In this document: one piece after another, positions 32,685-36,189 of the stretch
How the letters are laid out: each line of letters begins with the position of its first letter
Position numbering within the stretch: the stretch's first letter is position 1
DNA from: Anaerolineaceae bacterium
GTDB lineage: Bacteria; Chloroflexota; Anaerolineae; Anaerolineales; Anaerolineaceae
Direction of reading: 5' to 3'
DNA length: 36,189 nt
Assembly: GCA_041655815.1 (NCBI GenBank)
Contig: JBBAES010000001.1
Location: 1 to 36,189 of the forward strand
Notes under the pieces: model-generated
The model's input: only the letters and a program-made list of their open reading frames with translations
What the model was told of the DNA's origin: nothing
The model's database searches: none
Made by a program: the position numbers and the translations under genes

Positions 32685-35438
32685 CTACTTCAAATGGATG
32701 TGAACTACCCTTTTCCCTTTTTGTTTCAACGCGTCAATATCACCCAACGCCTGGGCACGCTGCAACGTAGCAAAACTCATCCTTTCACCAGGAATCTCGA
32801 AGTCTATAAGGCTGTCTTTGGTGAAGGTGATAAAAAGCCCTCCCGGCAACCCACCCTTATGTAATTGTCCGGTGGAGTGTAAAAAGCGCGGCCCAAAACC
32901 GACCGTGGTTGCTTTATTGAATTGATGGAGCAGTTTTGTTCGCAGGGATTGGAAAAATGCTTCGTATTCGTTGAGCCGAGGCATGAAGGCGTTCAAAGCA
33001 ATATATCCATTTTCCTCAACCAGACTACCATAGGCAGCCAATACATCGCTCAAACAGCAAGACTGGTCTAACCCAGGAACAGGTTCTCCAAAAACTTTAA
33101 GACATTCATTTTCCAAAATTGGCACGCCATCATCCAGCTGACCTTTTTCATGGTATTCGCTGATCCGTTTTTTGGTGATCGTTTTACTGAGCTGAACATT
33201 GGGCTGGTCAAAAGCGTTTACCCTCAGCAGCGCAGATGCAATGGCAGTGGCATATTCCCAGCGGTAAAATTCTTTGGCGATTTGATATGGATCTCTGATC
33301 GCGATTTCAATTGCAGCATGACCTCGATCCTTAAGAGATGAAACCAGTTCACCTCTTTCACCGTTTACCGAAAGATGAACAAAGAGTCTGTCAGGAGGGT
33401 ACTCCAAAGTGGCGTAAGGTGGCTCACCCTCAACCGGAAGAATTCCTTTGCCTTCCTTACCACTGCTCTCAGCAATTAATTGCTCCAGCCAGGGGACCAG
33501 ATGGGCCGCGTAGCTCTCGGCGATAAAAGTCAATTTATCTTTGCCCGCCTTGGCAGCTTCACCGATCACCAACCCCAAAAGGAGATTGGGATTGGCGTAC
33601 GGAGCAACATCTTCGTGACCCTGATTTTCGCTTTCAACTGCCATGCTTAAAAATCGATTTAAATCGATGCCCATCAGCGCGGCTGGCACCAACCCGAACC
33701 TGGTGAAAACCGAATAGCGACCACCGACATCCGGACGCGCGTTGAAAATTTTTCGAAATCCTTTCGATACAGCCAAATGCTGCAAAGAAGTGTCGGGGTC
33801 TGTCACGGCTACAAAGTGCCTGCCCGGTTGTTTTACTCCCAGTTTTTCCAGTTCGGACCAAAAGTATTTCATGGCAGAGAGAGTCTCGCTGGTGCCACCG
33901 CTTTTGCTTGATACGATAAAGAGAGTCTCGGTCAAATCAACTCCCGCGCAACGGAATAAGATCTCCTCTGGGTTGGTCGTGTCAATTATTTGCAAGTTGA
34001 GACCTTTTCCAGGTTCTACTGAAGTGGCGATAGTCTGGCTGATCACCTCGGGAGCGAGCGAAGAGCCGCCCATACCCAAAACAAAGGCGTCAGTAAAGCC
34101 ATCAGCAAGTACTTCGTCGCGAAACGCTTCCAGTTCCGGAATCAGACTGATTTGCTTGGAAGGCAAATCAAGCCAACCCAGACGGTTGCGGATTTCATCG
34201 AATCCGCTTTCATCATATGTCCACAAGGTGGGGTCATGCGCATACAGGCGCTGCACTGCTCCATCACCGGTGGCTTGCTTTAGCGCGGTTTCAACCTGAC
34301 CTGCCAGCCCGTTCAACCCATGCTTGAAATTGACACGTCTTTTCTCGATAATTTCAAGCAGTGAAGCGTGTGCTTGCTTAAACTTCTCGACCCCTTCGTC
34401 TTCCAATTGTTGTGTGACAGCTGAGAGGTCGATCTCCATTTTCTTTAGCAACTCAAAATCCGAAAGAGCTTGATCAAGATTTTCGCCGATCGACAGACTC
34501 ACGCTGCCCCGCTCAAGAAAGGCATCAAGCGTTTTTTGTGGAAGGGTATTAACCGTGCCAACCCCAATCAGGTTATCCACGTAGAGGGTATCCGGATAAT
34601 CCGGGTTTTTTGTACCGGTTGATGCCCATAAAGGCTTTTGTGGGTGTGCGCCCTGTTCTTTCAACTTCTCAAAACGTAAACCGGAAAAAGCCCGCAGATA
34701 AACCTGGTAGGCGAGCCGGGCGCTGGCAATGGCGATTTTGCCTTTGGTCTGCTTTGCTGGCAGGGCCATGGTTGCTGTTGAAGCGATCACAGCGTCCAAA
34801 AGCTGGTCCACCGCAACGTCAATTCGGGAGACAAAGAAAGAGGCCACACCTGCAATTGTATCGATTCGTTCATTACAGGCCAGACGTTGTTCCAGTCCGC
34901 TCAAGTAGGCGTCAATGACTTGCTCATAGCGTTCAAGTGAAAAAATTAGTGTCGTGTTGACATTTATGCCTTCAGCAATCAGCTGGGTTATTACTTCCAA
35001 CCCTTCTATTGTGGCAGGAACCTTGATCATCAGGTTCTTCCGATCAATTTCACTCCAAAGGGCGCGACCTTCCTCGATGGATCGTTTGGCGTCATAGGCA
35101 TAAAAAGGGTTGATCTCGACGCTTACAAAGCCGTCCTGTCCTTGATTGTCCTCATAAACTGGCAGAAAGAGGTCTGCCGCCTTTTGGATATCCCCTTTTA
35201 CCAGTTCTGTATAAATCTGCTCGCGGTTCATTCCAGACCAGGCCATTGCCTGTAGCAGATCGTTATAGGCTGTGCTGTTCTTCAAAGCCGCTTCAAAGAT
35301 GCTCGGGTTAGATGTGACACCATAGATCTGCCCTTCCTTGATCATTTTTTTCATACGGCCGTCGCGCAACATCTCTCGTTCGATATTGTCGTACCAGATT
35401 GGCTGACCAAGCGCTTTGACTGACTTCGAATTGTTCAT
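32685..35438 (-). CDS. Bifunctional transaldolase / glucose-6-phosphate isomerase fusion
   Basis: 917 aa. The N-terminal ~370 aa are transaldolase (GQPIWYDNIEREML...GVTSNPSIF...IKVPAT). The C-terminal ~540 aa are PGI (LGMGGSSLAPEV...SKSGGTSET...). Confidence 0.92.
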   Translation of the reverse strand: MNNSKSVKALGQPIWYDNIEREMLRDGRMKKMIKEGQIYGVTSNPSIFEAALKNSTAYNDLLQAMAWSGMNREQIYTELVKGDIQKAADLFLPVYEDNQGQDGFVSVEINPFYAYDAKRSIEEGRALWSEIDRKNLMIKVPATIEGLEVITQLIAEGINVNTTLIFSLERYEQVIDAYLSGLEQRLACNERIDTIAGVASFFVSRIDVAVDQLLDAVIASTATMALPAKQTKGKIAIASARLAYQVYLRAFSGLRFEKLKEQGAHPQKPLWASTGTKNPDYPDTLYVDNLIGVGTVNTLPQKTLDAFLERGSVSLSIGENLDQALSDFELLKKMEIDLSAVTQQLEDEGVEKFKQAHASLLEIIEKRRVNFKHGLNGLAGQVETALKQATGDGAVQRLYAHDPTLWTYDESGFDEIRNRLGWLDLPSKQISLIPELEAFRDEVLADGFTDAFVLGMGGSSLAPEVISQTIATSVEPGKGLNLQIIDTTNPEEILFRCAGVDLTETLFIVSSKSGGTSETLSAMKYFWSELEKLGVKQPGRHFVAVTDPDTSLQHLAVSKGFRKIFNARPDVGGRYSVFTRFGLVPAALMGIDLNRFLSMAVESENQGHEDVAPYANPNLLLGLVIGEAAKAGKDKLTFIAESYAAHLVPWLEQLIAESSGKEGKGILPVEGEPPYATLEYPPDRLFVHLSVNGERGELVSSLKDRGHAAIEIAIRDPYQIAKEFYRWEYATAIASALLRVNAFDQPNVQLSKTITKKRISEYHEKGQLDDGVPILENECLKVFGEPVPGLDQSCCLSDVLAAYGSLVEENGYIALNAFMPRLNEYEAFFQSLRTKLLHQFNKATTVGFGPRFLHSTGQLHKGGLPGGLFITFTKDSLIDFEIPGERMSFATLQRAQALGDIDALKQKGKRVVHIHLK

Positions 35439-35587
35439 CGTTCACCACTTTCCGGAATGTTTTAATATGCTATTTGTTTGTTAAAAGAGAGCATCTGTGA
35501 AGTCTCTTTAAGTGTTTTTAAGATGATAAAATTTTACCATCAACTACAACAGTTACTGATGAGGTAGAAAAGACAGCAAGGGAAAAG

Positions 35588-36189
35588 ATGGAATTAAAAG
35601 GCAAAACGGCATTAATCACAGGCGGTGGTATCCGTCTTGGTAAGGCGATTGTTCTCGCCCTGGCACAACAAGGTTGCAACGTAGGCATCCATTTCAATAG
35701 GTCAAAAGACAGTGCCTTTCAAATCAGACAAGAGACGCTCAATTATGGTGTTGAAGCAGAGGTTTTTCAGTTCGATCTGTCAGATTTTTCAAAAGTCGAT
35801 CAATTGGTGGCGGATATAAACGACCGAATGGGCACGATCGATATTTTGATCAATAATGCCGGTAATTACAAAAGAGGCAATGGTCTTAACACCAACCTCG
35901 AAACGCTCCGAACCTCTTTCAACGTGAACCTGTTTGCTCCATGGTGGCTAATCAAAGCTTTTGCAAAACAACTTCCTGTGGATTACCCTGGAAAAATCGT
36001 TAATATCTGTGATGCCAACATCTTTCGTACAGCTACCGACCACTTTGCCTACCGCCTTACGAAAAAGGCTCTTTGCGAGATGACCCGCATGTTCGCACTC
36101 GAGTTAGCGCCGAATATTACTGTTAACGCCATCGCGCCCGGCATCATGTTGCCTCTGGCTGGATATGAACATATTGATACGGACAAAGT
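35588..36189 (+). CDS. Short-chain dehydrogenase/reductase (SDR), pteridine-reductase-like; C-terminus runs off the window
   Basis: Absent from the ORF track (open at the window edge). From ATG 35588: MELKGKTALITGGGIRLGKAIVLALAQQGCNVGIHF...ILINNAG...YRLTKKAL...NAIAPG (TGxxxxxG, NNAG, YxxxK). Confidence 0.85.
   Translation, partial: MELKGKTALITGGGIRLGKAIVLALAQQGCNVGIHFNRSKDSAFQIRQETLNYGVEAEVFQFDLSDFSKVDQLVADINDRMGTIDILINNAGNYKRGNGLNTNLETLRTSFNVNLFAPWWLIKAFAKQLPVDYPGKIVNICDANIFRTATDHFAYRLTKKALCEMTRMFALELAPNITVNAIAPGIMLPLAGYEHIDTDK

Noticed and set aside
1-36189. Scanned for CRISPR arrays, transposases/IS ends, toxin-antitoxin pairs, restriction-modification or other defence genes, rRNA and long tandem repeats.
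   Set aside because: None seen by eye. The only mobile-element-like gene is the lone tyrosine recombinase. A computational repeat search would be needed to exclude short dispersed repeats.

Overview
This 36.2-kb chromosomal segment holds about 33 tightly packed protein genes and one tRNA, arranged in alternating strand blocks.

**Gene content.** Most genes are housekeeping or central metabolism:
- rel, nusB, pckA, murA, trxA, dgkA, efp, ftsH, miaA, yraN, cinA
- glgA, malQ, ppgK, mltG, ruvX, and a fused transaldolase/PGI

The combination of Asp-type MurA, the tal-pgi fusion, polyphosphate glucokinase and Asp23-nusB synteny suggests a Chloroflexota/Anaerolineae-like bacterium. That is an unverified guess.

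**Corrections to the ORF track.**
- It misses two edge-truncated genes: kce at 1..771 (minus strand) and an SDR at 35588..36189 (plus strand).
- It over-extends several N-termini: miaA, pckA, glgA, cinA, ppgK, the mtaD-like gene and the 9506 ORF.
- It contains many long antisense ORFs that I reject.

**The hunt.** I found no CRISPR array, transposase, toxin-antitoxin pair, obvious defence island or biosynthetic cluster. I cannot point to a convincing new multi-gene system. The observations most worth a second look are:
1. A complete lysine riboswitch sits in front of the lysine-fermentation genes kal-kce. Its terminator overlaps the aptamer P1 3' strand, which predicts a lysine-ON switch.
2. 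A 662-aa fusion joins an MTA/SAH-deaminase-type amidohydrolase to a CYTH (class IV adenylate cyclase-like) domain. The CYTH ExExK motif reads EVQAK. The gene is embedded in a cinA-...-glgA-malQ operon.
3. A small accessory-looking stretch at 1.6-7.0 kb contains an orphan 139-aa protein, about 600 bp of AT-rich non-coding DNA, a lone tyrosine recombinase, and an all-in-one 2Fe-2S/FAD/4Fe-4S/BFD oxidoreductase with a DAO-family partner.
4. Several uncharacterised proteins stand out: a DUF1540-like protein with an acidic tail, a 174-aa protein coupled to Asp23, an 804-aa lipoprotein with three CBM20-like repeats, and a Cys-rich 104-aa protein after efp.

All family assignments come from reading the translations by eye. 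None has been checked against a database.
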